NCBI RefSeq assembly: GCF_009914755.1
Contig: NC_060938.1
From: the human T2T-CHM13v2.0 reference genome, Homo sapiens
DNA: 64,000 nucleotides
Direction: 5' to 3' (one strand)
The position numbers and the translations under genes are program-made. The first letter of the stretch is position 1. Every line of letters begins with the position of its first letter. This document shows, one piece after another, positions 49,861-64,000 of this stretch. The notes beneath the pieces were generated by a model that was not told the DNA's origin, did no database searches, and saw only the letters and a program-made list of their open reading frames with translations.

Positions 49861-51619
49861 TTATTAATTCATTTTTATATTATTATTAAGACTAATAAAC
49901 ATATTAAAGCAATGACTCAACAAATCTAGCTTTATATTATTTCACTTACCACTTCTATTTTTCCAAAACAACTTTTTAATTAAAATTATAAAATTAAATT
50001 AATAAAAAATATTGAATTAAATTATTTAATTAAATTAATAAAAACTTAATAGAAATTTTTTAAATTTTGTAGTTGCCTTTTTGAGAGTTTTTTTAGAATA
50101 GTTTTCTCTTTGGAGAATATAAAGTACACAGAATTTTCATACTCATAGTTTCTATCTTCTTATCATTCTTGTTTATATTATGCAATAATTTACCATGTAG
50201 ATCTTCACTGCCTCTGTAAAGTATTGTTTGCATAATTCCATTGAGTTTTTCTGCTCAGCAATTATGTTTTTAAGCTATGATTTTTCTCACTTTTCTCAGT
50301 ATTTTTTCTATAATTTCTAAATTAATTTTATATAATTTATATTAGTGCAATTATCGTTCAAATCACATTTTAAAATGTAAACATTAGGAAAGATTTTTCA
50401 CAGCTTTGGGTTAGTTCTTTTCAGAGAAAGGTATTTGTTAAGATTTCACATATTAGGCTCTCTCTTTAAATTCCCAAATCAACCCACTTTCTCTGTTAGA
50501 AAAGGGTCTACAATTGCAAAGAATTTGGAAGTGATGTGGTTTTTGTCCGTCTTAATCTTGCACAAGCAACAGAAAATATTGAATGATTTTTCATCTGTCT
50601 ATGGATTTCGTAGTCTGCACTGAGTAAGACAGGACATACATAGGCAGGGCGAATACTTGAAAAATATTTTGTCTTGCAAGCACTATAGAAAGTCAAACTA
50701 AATAATGCAAAAATCCATCTCTAATTGTCTTTAAAGGAAGCATCCTTGGTAAGGCTGAAGATTTACTCAGAATCTTGTTTACAGTAAGTGCAAACTGTAA
50801 GTGCTACATATAGTAGAATTCAGCCTATCCAAATGAATGCTTGGAACAATTGTTATAAATTCAGATGCAACAGATTTAAACACATATACCTTAATATCCA
50901 ACTTCTCAAGCCCTGTTCTGAAGGACATGAGCTTCTGTCATTATCTTAACAAATAGCAGAAAAACAACTTTATCAATGTTAAGAAAAGATACTCTGGGTG
51001 ACTTTACTCTGAGTTGAAAGGCCCTCCTTCTAAGGAATTAGTGTTCTGGAGTAAAACTTGGATTTCAAAAACCTAAATTCTAGCAGCACACACCACCCTC
51101 CCCCCTCAACTCTGCCACACACACACCCTTAGCTTGAGTTGGCATTTTATCTAAGGTACACTATGAGCAATCATTAGTTATGCCCTTGCATTTTATCCTT
51201 ACCTTCAAAACTCATTTTTAGGCAGGTTTCTTATTCTCCTCACTGGATTGTTTCATATCTCACTTTGGTTTCCTTTACATCCGGTTTCTTGAAATGTCAA
51301 TATTTAGATGATATTCTCTGGCTTCTGCTGAAATAGATAATTTTTCCTATTGAATTTATTTGATCATTTACATGGATTTTAAGTATATAACCTCAAATTT
51401 TTATTTTTAACCGAATATACTTTAATAATATGCATGGGTCATTTTATAAAATGTTTTTTAGCAATAATTATATTTCAGAAATATATTTTTTATTTAGAAA
51501 TTTCACTTTCTGTGAACTGCCATATTTTCCCATGAAAGTAATGATTTTTCACGTTTAGCAATTCCTTGCATAAGGTAGGTTGTGCTTGCCTAATTTTGGC
51601 ATGCATTCAAGAATGGATA

Positions 51620-52240
51620 AATCAAGACTGGCTACAACAAATGTTAGTGAGGATGTGGAATGACCTCCTATATTGATAATGAAAAGGTAAAGTGGTATAA
51701 TGAAATTTGAAAAACTTTTTGCAATTTCTTATAAAATTAAACATGCATCTATTCTACAACCACACAATTCTATTCCTAGTTACTTTTCCAAGGAAAATTA
51801 AGATGTATGCCTACAAAAGACTTATAAAAATATGTTCACAGCAACTTCATTTACAACAGAAAAACTGAAAATAACCCAGAATTCAATCAGCAGTACGTAC
51901 ACACATTTTAGTATATTTGTTTAATAGAATACCACTTAATGATAAAAAAAAAAAGAAACACACAACATGGATGAATTTCAAAAACATTCTAAGGAGAAGA
52001 AAAAGCTGGGCACAAAATAATACATACTGTGTAATTCCAAATATATGAAGTTCTAGAACAGATAAGTGGTTGTTCTGTGCAGGAAGAGGCAGTAAGAAAC
52101 TTTTGGGTGTAATAAACATGCTTTTATCTTGAAAAGGGTGGGGCTTATACTTGTGTATGCATTTGTGAAATGTATTAAGTTGTAAACCTAAGATTGGTCC
52201 ATTTCACTGTATGTAAATGTAAGTTTAAAAAAAGCAAATA
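51620..52240 (+). mobile_element. Ancient L1M 3' end fragment
   Basis: aacatggatgaatttcaaaaacattct...tacatactgtgtaattcca...ttttatcttga...cattt cactgtatgtaaat. Confidence 0.6.
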
Positions 52241-52299
52241 AGTGATAAGTTTGATGTTTTGAAATAAACATTAAACTCCATTGAGTTGGTTTTCTTTTA

Positions 52300-52650
52300 T
52301 AGATTAGTCCATTGTCATGCTGCTATGGAGAAACACCCGAGACTGGGTAATTTATGAAGAAAAGAGGTTTAATTGACTCATGGTTCTGGATGGCTGGGGA
52401 AGCCTCAGGAAACTTACAGTCATGGTGGTGGAAGGCACCTCTTCACAGGGTGGCAGGAGAGAGAAATGCCAGGCAAAGCGGGGGAAAGCCCCTTATAAAA
52501 CCATCAGATCTGAGGAGAACTCACTCACTATCATGAGAACAGCATAGGGATAATCGTCGCCATAATTTGATTATCTCCCAAAACACATGGGAATTATGGA
52601 AACTACAGTTCAAGATGAGATTTGGGTGTGGACACAGCCAAACCATATCA
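52300..52650 (-). mobile_element. THE1/MST solo LTR
   Basis: attagtccatt...gaaaagaggtttaattgactca...gacacagccaaaccatatca. Confidence 0.85.
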
Positions 52651-53080
52651 AGTGGTATCTTTTAAAATTCTGAAACTATTTTTTATCAACTTAAGCAAAT
52701 AAATAAGCTTTTGAGAATTACAGGAACCAGATTTCTCACAGTTCGAACACAATGTTACCAATGGAAAGGCAGAAGACTAGAATGTACCCTGTGGTGTTTT
52801 GTTTTGTTTTTTTTTGACATCAGAAATGATGTATCAATATGCAATCATGGTTTCAACATATGTAAACTATGTGTCTATATCGTAGCTTTCTGCAGAAAGA
52901 GTCTAGAAATAATAACACACAAGTACCACTAAACTTATCTACTATTTGATTATTAAATGCCACGTTTCATTAATACGAACAAGAATTCCTTAAAGAAATT
53001 GCTGATCTCAGAGTTGGAAGTGAGAGCAAGTAGAAGATGGGCCTGAAGTAACTTTTTGCATCAGAAAATAAGAACGTGCT

Positions 53081-53443
53081 AGGTCTTAGTCTGTTCAGGC
53101 TGCTATAACAAAATACCGTGGACTGGGTGTAACAACAGACACTTATTTCTTCTACTTCTGGAGGTGAAGAAGTCCAAGTTAGAGGTGCCATCCAATTTGG
53201 ATCTTGGTGAGGGTCCTCTTCCGTCTCTTTCCTCTCTGGTGTCTTCAGTGATGGAGAGAGAGAGAGTTCTAGTTTGTCTTCCACTTCCAGTAAGGACACT
53301 AATCACATCATGAGGCCCTACCTCATGACCCAAACCAAATTACCTTCCAAATGCCCCTGGCTCCAAATGGCATACCCCTGGGAGTTAAAACTTTAACATA
53401 TAAATTTGGGGGTGAGGACACAAACTTTCAGTTCTTAATAACA
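53081..53443 (-). mobile_element. MLT1A/B-type LTR
   Basis: tcttagtctgttcaggctgctataacaaaatacc...acacaaactttcag. Confidence 0.7.
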
Positions 53444-53545
53444 TGACAAAAAATTGTTATAGTGATAAGCAGGAAGGAAAGGGATACAAAGTACATAATC
53501 TATGAGCATAGCTATATAAACTAATAAACAATAAATAAAAATTTA

Positions 53546-54146
<601 letters not shown>

Positions 54147-54787
54147 AGTAGTACAAAAATTTTAAAGACGCTGAGTAACTGTGAGCAAAATTATGAGATT
54201 TTTACTCTGTTTGCCAGTCTTCATAGTCCCTGCCACACCTAATTCAACATTTTGTTGTTGTTGTTGTTGTTGCCTGTCTTTATGGAACCTATTTAAAGAA
54301 ATCAACTTGATTTTTACACTTGTATTTCATTGGTTTATTTTTAGTTAGTTAAAATACGTAATTACAATAACTAGTCCATTTATGAAAGGAGGAGTTTGGA
54401 AACAACTGATTCTTGGTATAAGTCAACTGGTGGAACAAAAGTGTGTGTGTACAGAAGCCTACTAGCTGCAAAGGCTCAGCATGCTGTGGACATCAATCAT
54501 TTGGGAGCACACAGATGGAGAACAGAGCTATTGGAAGCATACTATTTGCATTCATATCCCAGCTCAGCTACCTTTTAGCCATTTAATCTTGAACAAGAAA
54601 GATTTCTCTGTATCTCAGTTATACACATGGCAATATAGTATCTACCTTATAAAATCCTTATAAACATTAAATAGGTAAATATTTTGTTAGAATGCTGAAC
54701 ACAGGGCTTGGTACAGAGTAAGTACCATGTTAAGTGAAGGTATTATCTTTTAGAGAAGGAATCAGTTGAATAAATAAAGCTGAATTA

Positions 54788-55141
<354 letters not shown>

Positions 55142-55809
55142 TTAAACTGAAATTAATTCAAAATGAATTAAACAGATAAACATAAAACATGAACGAGAAG
55201 AAAAGTTTAGGTAGAAAATTATCTTATTTAAGGTGTGTAGAGTTGTTTTAATGGAAAAAATATGAAAAAATAAATGTAAATTTGGCTATGTAAAGTTTTT
55301 AAAGTTCTTTAAGTCAGAGAAAAATAAATAATGTAATGGCCATATGCAGTTTCTACCTGCCTAGCATCCATTACCCATTCTTACCCTAATAGGATCCTGA
55401 TTTTTCTCAAGAAAGCCCCTTTCCATTCTCAGTCTATGTAGCCCAGGTGGCACTGACTTCATTCTCAATGAATCAGAGCACGACCATGGTTATTGGCTTA
55501 GGGATGGCCTCACAACCATCTAATCAGGCCAATGAGACGAAATGAGTCAATTCAGAGACACTTATGAGAACTGATGGGAGAGAGGCTCTCTCTCTCTCTG
55601 AACTTGAAACTGGGAGAATGTAGACCTGAAAAAAGTAAAAACCACTTTCCAAATCATTTTAAGAGGCTAACAAAACCTTGATATCAAAACTGAAAAGGAC
55701 ATGACAGTAAAGAAAAATTACAAACGAATCTTTCTCACAAACATAGCTACAAAAATCCTAAATATCAGCATACTGAATGAAATGATACACAAAAAAAATA
55801 ATGCATCTT

Positions 55810-56290
<481 letters not shown>

Positions 56291-56647
56291 AACTCTTTAT
56301 CACACTCTTAAGTTAAAGAAATATTTGTAATCTATTAAAGAGCAACTATAGAAACCTATAGCAAACATCATACTTTGTCGTAAAATGTTGAAAGATTACC
56401 TTCTGAGATCAGGAATAAATCACCATGCTATCACCCACTTCTACTGTACTACAGTTGCTATCCAATGCATTATAGCAAGAAAAAGAAATTAAAGGACTAA
56501 GTATTGAGAATGGAAGAAATAATGCTATTATTATCACCACTGATATGCTCTTGGAATTAATAATTTCAATTGATACAAGTTCAGTCCACAAAAAAAAGCT
56601 TTGTTTTATATATCAGCAAAAAATAGTTAGAAAATTAAAATGTTTAT

Positions 56648-57050
56648 TTGTTAGTCCATTCTCATACTGCTATAAAGAAATTCCAGAGACTGGGTAATTT
56701 ATAAAGAAAATAGGTTTAATTGGCTCACAGTTCCACAAGCTGTACAGGAAGCATGGCAGCATCTGCTTCTAGGAAGGCCTCAGGGAGCTTTGATTCATGG
56801 TGGAAGGCAAAGGAGGAGCAGGCATCTTGCATGGCAGGAGCAGGACCGAGGGCAGGGGGAGGTGCCACACACTTTCAAACAATCAGATCTCATGAGAACT
56901 CACTATTGTGATGACAGCACCAAGGGAGATGGTGTTAAACCGTGAGAAACTGCCCCCATGATCCAATCACCTCCTATCAGGCCCCACCTCCAACACTGGA
57001 GACTACAATTGAACATGAGATTTGGGCAGGGACATATCCAAACTATGTCA
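56648..57050 (-). mobile_element. MSTA/B solo LTR
   Basis: ttagtccattctcatactgctataaagaaa...gacatatccaaactatgtca. Confidence 0.85.
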
Positions 57051-57056
57051 GTTTAG

Positions 57057-57510
<454 letters not shown>

Positions 57511-58182
57511 GCAGTGGGGACAATCAGTGACAGCAGGTGGTCTCTAAGCCCAGTTGCCGCCTAATCTTTCCCTAACTTTGGGTGCTACCTTTAGAGGGGA
57601 CAATTGTGGGCAGAGAAGCTGCATCTAGATGGCTGTGAGAGGCAGGAGGGGTTCCTGGGGGCTCAGCTGGCTCTGCAGGGGAACAGGGGATAGGAGTCAG
57701 GATTGTCCAGGAGGGTGGCCAGTAAGGTAAGAGGTTACCTTACTGAGAGGTTACCAGAATAGGGCTCCTACCTGAGCTCCACACCTGCAGGGCCCCAGGC
57801 AGGACCTCCCTAGTGGTAGCTTCCACAGCTACAGGGCAAGTGAAGCAGGAGGGGCAGAGCTGATCTTGCTTGTCTGAAGGGCTTGAAGCCAGCACCCCTG
57901 GGCACGGGCTGTGAAACCAAGGAGCAGCCTGTGGAACCCCCATCATCCACCCTCTACAGAGGGCTCATAGAAAAAATTGTAATGTTCCTCCCAGCTTCTC
58001 CCTCTATCCACTTTTGAACAGAGTAGATTGCCTTGCTAGGCCCAGAGCCAACTTTGACAAGAAGCGGTCAGGCTGAATCTTCAACCCATAGCAGAGCAAG
58101 GTCCCCCTGGCCACCCAGAAATTCAGCACTCTGGACAACACAAAGAGGAAGCATTTACTGGCACCTTTTCCTCCACCCATTT

Positions 58183-58330
58183 CTGTACTAATAGAAATTT
58201 CTGTGAGGATGGAAATGTTCTATGTCTGCATGATCCAATGTGGTAGCCCCTAGTCACATGTGACTGTTGGGTACCTCAAGTGTGGCTAGTGCAACTGAGG
58301 AAATGAAATTTTAACTTTATTTAATTGTAA
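58183..58330. mobile_element. MER3-like hAT DNA transposon fragment
   Basis: aatagaaatttctgtgaggatggaaatgttcta...gtagcccctagtcacatgtgactg...gtggctagtgcaactgagga. Confidence 0.65.
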
Positions 58331-58795
58331 TGTCTTTTCCTAAATGACAAAGATTTGTTTTTATGTTATGGGTGCTGTGAATCATTACAAGATCACATTT
58401 CTCTCTGTGCTGGCTGCTAGGAAGCTTGTCAGTTTTGGATCCTATGGTTGCAAGAGTATATAGCCTCATGGCATGCGCCTTTAATATAACCTCATTCTCA
58501 GCTTCCTTTTATTTTTACTTTTTCCCATTGCCCTGCTTAATTTTTTATCTTGTCAATGTGGTAAGCCTTGAATCCTTTGTGCTGGGATAACAGGTGTGAG
58601 CCACCACGCCTCCTGGCCCTAGAATGAAATTTTTAACTCAAAACTAAACTATAAGCTATTTATAGGAGGTAAAAGGATGAAAAAATATATACTAGAAAAA
58701 CGTTAACTAAAAAAATCGGCATACGTTTATTAATATTAGGTAAAATAGACTTTAAAGCCAAAAATAGCATTATGAAGATGAGGAGGATCATTGCT

Positions 58796-59763
58796 TGAAG
58801 GGGTGGGTTGCCCCTCCACACCTGTGGGTGTTTCTCGTTAGGTGGAACGAGAGACTTGGAAAAGAAAAAGACACAGAGACAAAGTATAGAGAAAGAAATA
58901 AGGGGACCCAGGGAACCAGCGTTCAGCATATGGAGGATCCCGCCAGCCTCTGAGTTCCCTTAGTATTTATTGATCATTAGTGGGTGTTTCTCCGAGAAAG
59001 GGATGTGTCACAGTCACAAGACAATAGTGGGGAGAGGGTCAGCAGACAAACACGTGAACAAAGGTCTTTGCATCATAGACAAGGTAAAGAATCAAGTGCT
59101 GTGCTTTTAGATATGCATACATATAAATATCTCAATGCTTTACAAAGCAGTATTGCTGCCCGCATGTCCCACCTCCAGCCCTAAGGCGGCTTTTCCCTAT
59201 CTCAGTAGATGGAACGTACAATCGGGTTTTATACCGAGACATTCCATTGCCCAGGGACCAGCAGGAGACAGATGCCTTCCTCTTGTCTCAACTGCAAGAG
59301 GCATGCCTTCCTCTTATACTAATCCTCCTCAGCACAGACCCTTTATGGGTGTCGGGCTGGGGGACGATCAGGTCTTTCCCTTCCCATGAGGCCATATTTC
59401 AGACTATCACATGGGGAGAAACCTTGGACAATACCTGGCTTTCCTAGGCAGCGGTCCCTGCGGCCTTCCACAGTGTTTGTGTCCCTGGGTACTTGAGATT
59501 AGGGAGTGGTGATGACTCTTAACGAGCATGCTGCCTTCAAGCATCTGTTTAACAAAGCGCATCTTGCACCGCCCTTAATCCATTTAACCCTGAGGTGACA
59601 CAGCACATGTTTCAGAGAGCACGGGGTTGGGGGTAAGGTCATAGATTAACAGAACCTCAAGGCAGAAGAATTTTTCTTAGTACAGAACAAAATGGAGTCT
59701 CCTATGTCTACTTCTTTCTACACAGACACAGCAACAATCTGATCTCTCTTGCTTTTCCCCACA
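58796..59763 (-). mobile_element. Solo HERV-K(HML-2) LTR5 (LTR5_Hs-like, 968 bp)
   Basis: Minus strand starts tgtggggaaaagcaagagagatcagattg and ends caacccaccccttca; TATAAAA box and AATAAA present; TSD ttgct. Confidence 0.93.
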
Positions 59764-61181
59764 TTGCTTAATGACATAAAGTTCCAGCACTGAATAACAT
59801 AGCTGCAAAAAATATAAAGCAAGGATTAACATGATGAAAAGGAAATATTTCTAAAACCATCATCATAGTAGAATATTTCACACAATTATTTTAGTTATTG
59901 ATAGTTGAGGCAGATAAAAAAATAAATCTTTTGTGATCAAGACAAGGTATAGAGAGTGATCAAACACACAGACCTATACCTCTGCCACTTTTTGCTCATG
60001 CCCTTGGGCCCTGACTGGACCCACAAGCAATTCACCCTGGTCAGCTGTGGTCTCTGCCCTTCCTCGGAGAGTTAGCTGCTCATTATCCCAGTCCACAGAG
60101 GCTGCTGTCAGCTGGTAGAGTACTTGGTCCCAAGCAGCTTCTCTTATAGGAGCTGATGCAGGCTGTGAGCCATCTCCACTCCCCCACGGTGTCTCCAGCA
60201 CAACATCCTCCTCCCAACACATGGGCTGCTCCCCACACAGGACCCACATCACCACATGGCAGTGTGGAGCCTGGGGAGGCAGTGGCACTGCTGGAGGGGC
60301 TGACTCCCCATTGGGAGTCACAGCCATGAATAAGAGGAGTGGTTCCATCAGCATCTCCCAGTCCATGGGGGTTGAGGGGAGCAGGTTTCCTGTTGGGGAA
60401 GACAGCAGGGGCATGGGCAGTGTAGTACTCTGGACTTCACCTCCCCAGGGCCTCCTTGGTGTCAGGGAAACCAGCTCCCCATTCAAACCTTACTTGAATC
60501 ATCCAGGCCCTGTTCCAATTGTTGGCCTGGCTCAAGGTCTGGCCCATCTGCTGCTGAGCCCAGAGAGGGGTGCCGGGGTTAGCTGGGGACTGGGTTCGCC
60601 TGGCCTGGAGGGTATGAGAGGCTTCAGCCAGCCAGAGCCACTCTGTGCTGACAGTCCAGCATCTCAGTACTCAAAGCCCCCACATGCTTGTGAGATAGGG
60701 TTGGGGGGGTCAATGATTAAGGAATGCAGAGCCCTTGACAATCATACACGCATGCGCAGCTGGCCCATGCCCCTTGTCTGAAACCTTGGCTGCCTGCTCA
60801 CCACCTTGAGCAAGAAGGCCAAGTTCCTTATGGCCTACAATGACCTCTCTGGCCCTGGGCCCCTCCCAGCGTCATCCCACTCCACTCCCTATTCCCACTT
60901 GTAGTTGTTGCTTGTCTCTGTGTTTTCATTAATGTCTTCTCTCTCTGCAGGGCTGCCTCCTGCTTATTCTTCCAGATATGGCTCTTACTTTCCTGACTAC
61001 CTCAGGCAGAGTTAATCACCCTAACTCTAATCACCCATAATACATGTCCTTGTGCTCATCACTGGTTGTTTCATGGTATTATCATTATAGATTTACCCAC
61101 TTATCTCTCTAGCTAAACTTAATAGTAAACTCTGCATAATGTCTGGCACACAACAGGTGGTAAATAAATATTTGCTGGATA

Positions 61182-61344
61182 CAAGTCTCCCCAGTAGCTG
61201 GGATTACAGGCGTGTGCCACCACGTCTGGCTAATTTTTATATTTTTAGTAGAGATGGGGTTTCACTGTGTTGGTCAGGCTGGTCTCAGACTCCTGACCTC
61301 GTGACCTGCTTGCCTCGGCCTCCCAAAGTCCGGGGATTACAGGT
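61182..61344 (-). mobile_element. Partial AluS
   Basis: Left arm plus start of right arm of Alu. Confidence 0.8.
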
Positions 61345-61411
61345 GTGAGCCACCGCGCCTGGCCTGTTTGGTTCTTTATTCTTGGGAACTGAAGGTCCCT
61401 GTCTGTTACAG

Positions 61412-62417
<1,006 letters not shown>

Positions 62418-62577
62418 ACAATAGGTGGCTAGTCAGGCATGAGCAGGGCAGGAGAGAGTTTCCCCCACCCACCAGAAATGTCAGGCCACCATCAGATTAT
62501 GGTCTGACAGCTGTCACACTAAAATGATAATTGGTCACAGCACCAGGGAGAGGCAATTTCCCAACAGATAAAAATGC

Positions 62578-63198
<621 letters not shown>

Positions 63199-63268
63199 CA
63201 CTTGAAATCAGCAGCTTCCAATAAAATCTCAGGTAGTGAGTGAGTGGGCATGAGCATGCACAGTAAAA

Positions 63269-63398
63269 CCCATTAATGCCTAGTGTTCCATTATTGGAAC
63301 TCTAAGCATGTGGGAGTTATTTATATCCTACTGCTCAATGTCATCACGAAGGTCTGATTGCAAAAATTCAAAAAATTGCAACCTCAGGCATACATGGG
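63269..63398. mobile_element. MER85 piggyBac-derived MITE
   Basis: TIRs cccattaatgcct / aggcatacatggg, TTAA at 63399-63402, internal palindrome gttccattattggaac at 63285-63300. Confidence 0.88.
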
Positions 63399-63402
63399 TT
63401 AA

Positions 63403-64000
<598 letters not shown>

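Noticed and set aside
57520-57610. CTCF-like motifs (acagcaggtggtc; cctttagaggggca)
   Set aside because: Each mismatches core positions of the motif; insufficient support from sequence alone.

Overview
Repeat-dense primate genomic DNA, most likely human or great ape. It resembles the OR6E1P/RPL26-pseudogene region, which I recall as 14q11.2 but cannot verify here. No intact protein-coding gene was found. Contents: (1) an olfactory receptor pseudogene of the Or6e1/Olfr49 type (36410-37338) with one frameshift and one stop; (2) a full-length RPL26 retrocopy and a 5'-only RPL9 retrocopy; (3) a retroposed 3' half of tRNA-Ala; (4) a roughly 19 kb nested L1 block; (5) an 8.4 kb SATR1/SATR2-type ~73-bp satellite built of palindromes, with an internal orientation switch; (6) a solo HERV-K(HML-2) LTR5; and (7) many Alu, MaLR, ERV1 LTR and DNA-transposon copies. 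The main structural result lies in the L1 block. Two inverted L1PA elements (6311-12424 minus, 14063-18211 plus) have crossed target-site duplications, and the older L1M host between them is flipped. This records an inversion by L1-L1 recombination. The two arms also share a ~1.65 kb apparently identical tract, pointing to recent gene conversion and possibly a recurrent or polymorphic inversion. Repeat subfamily names are from recalled consensus sequences, and many repeat boundaries are approximate.
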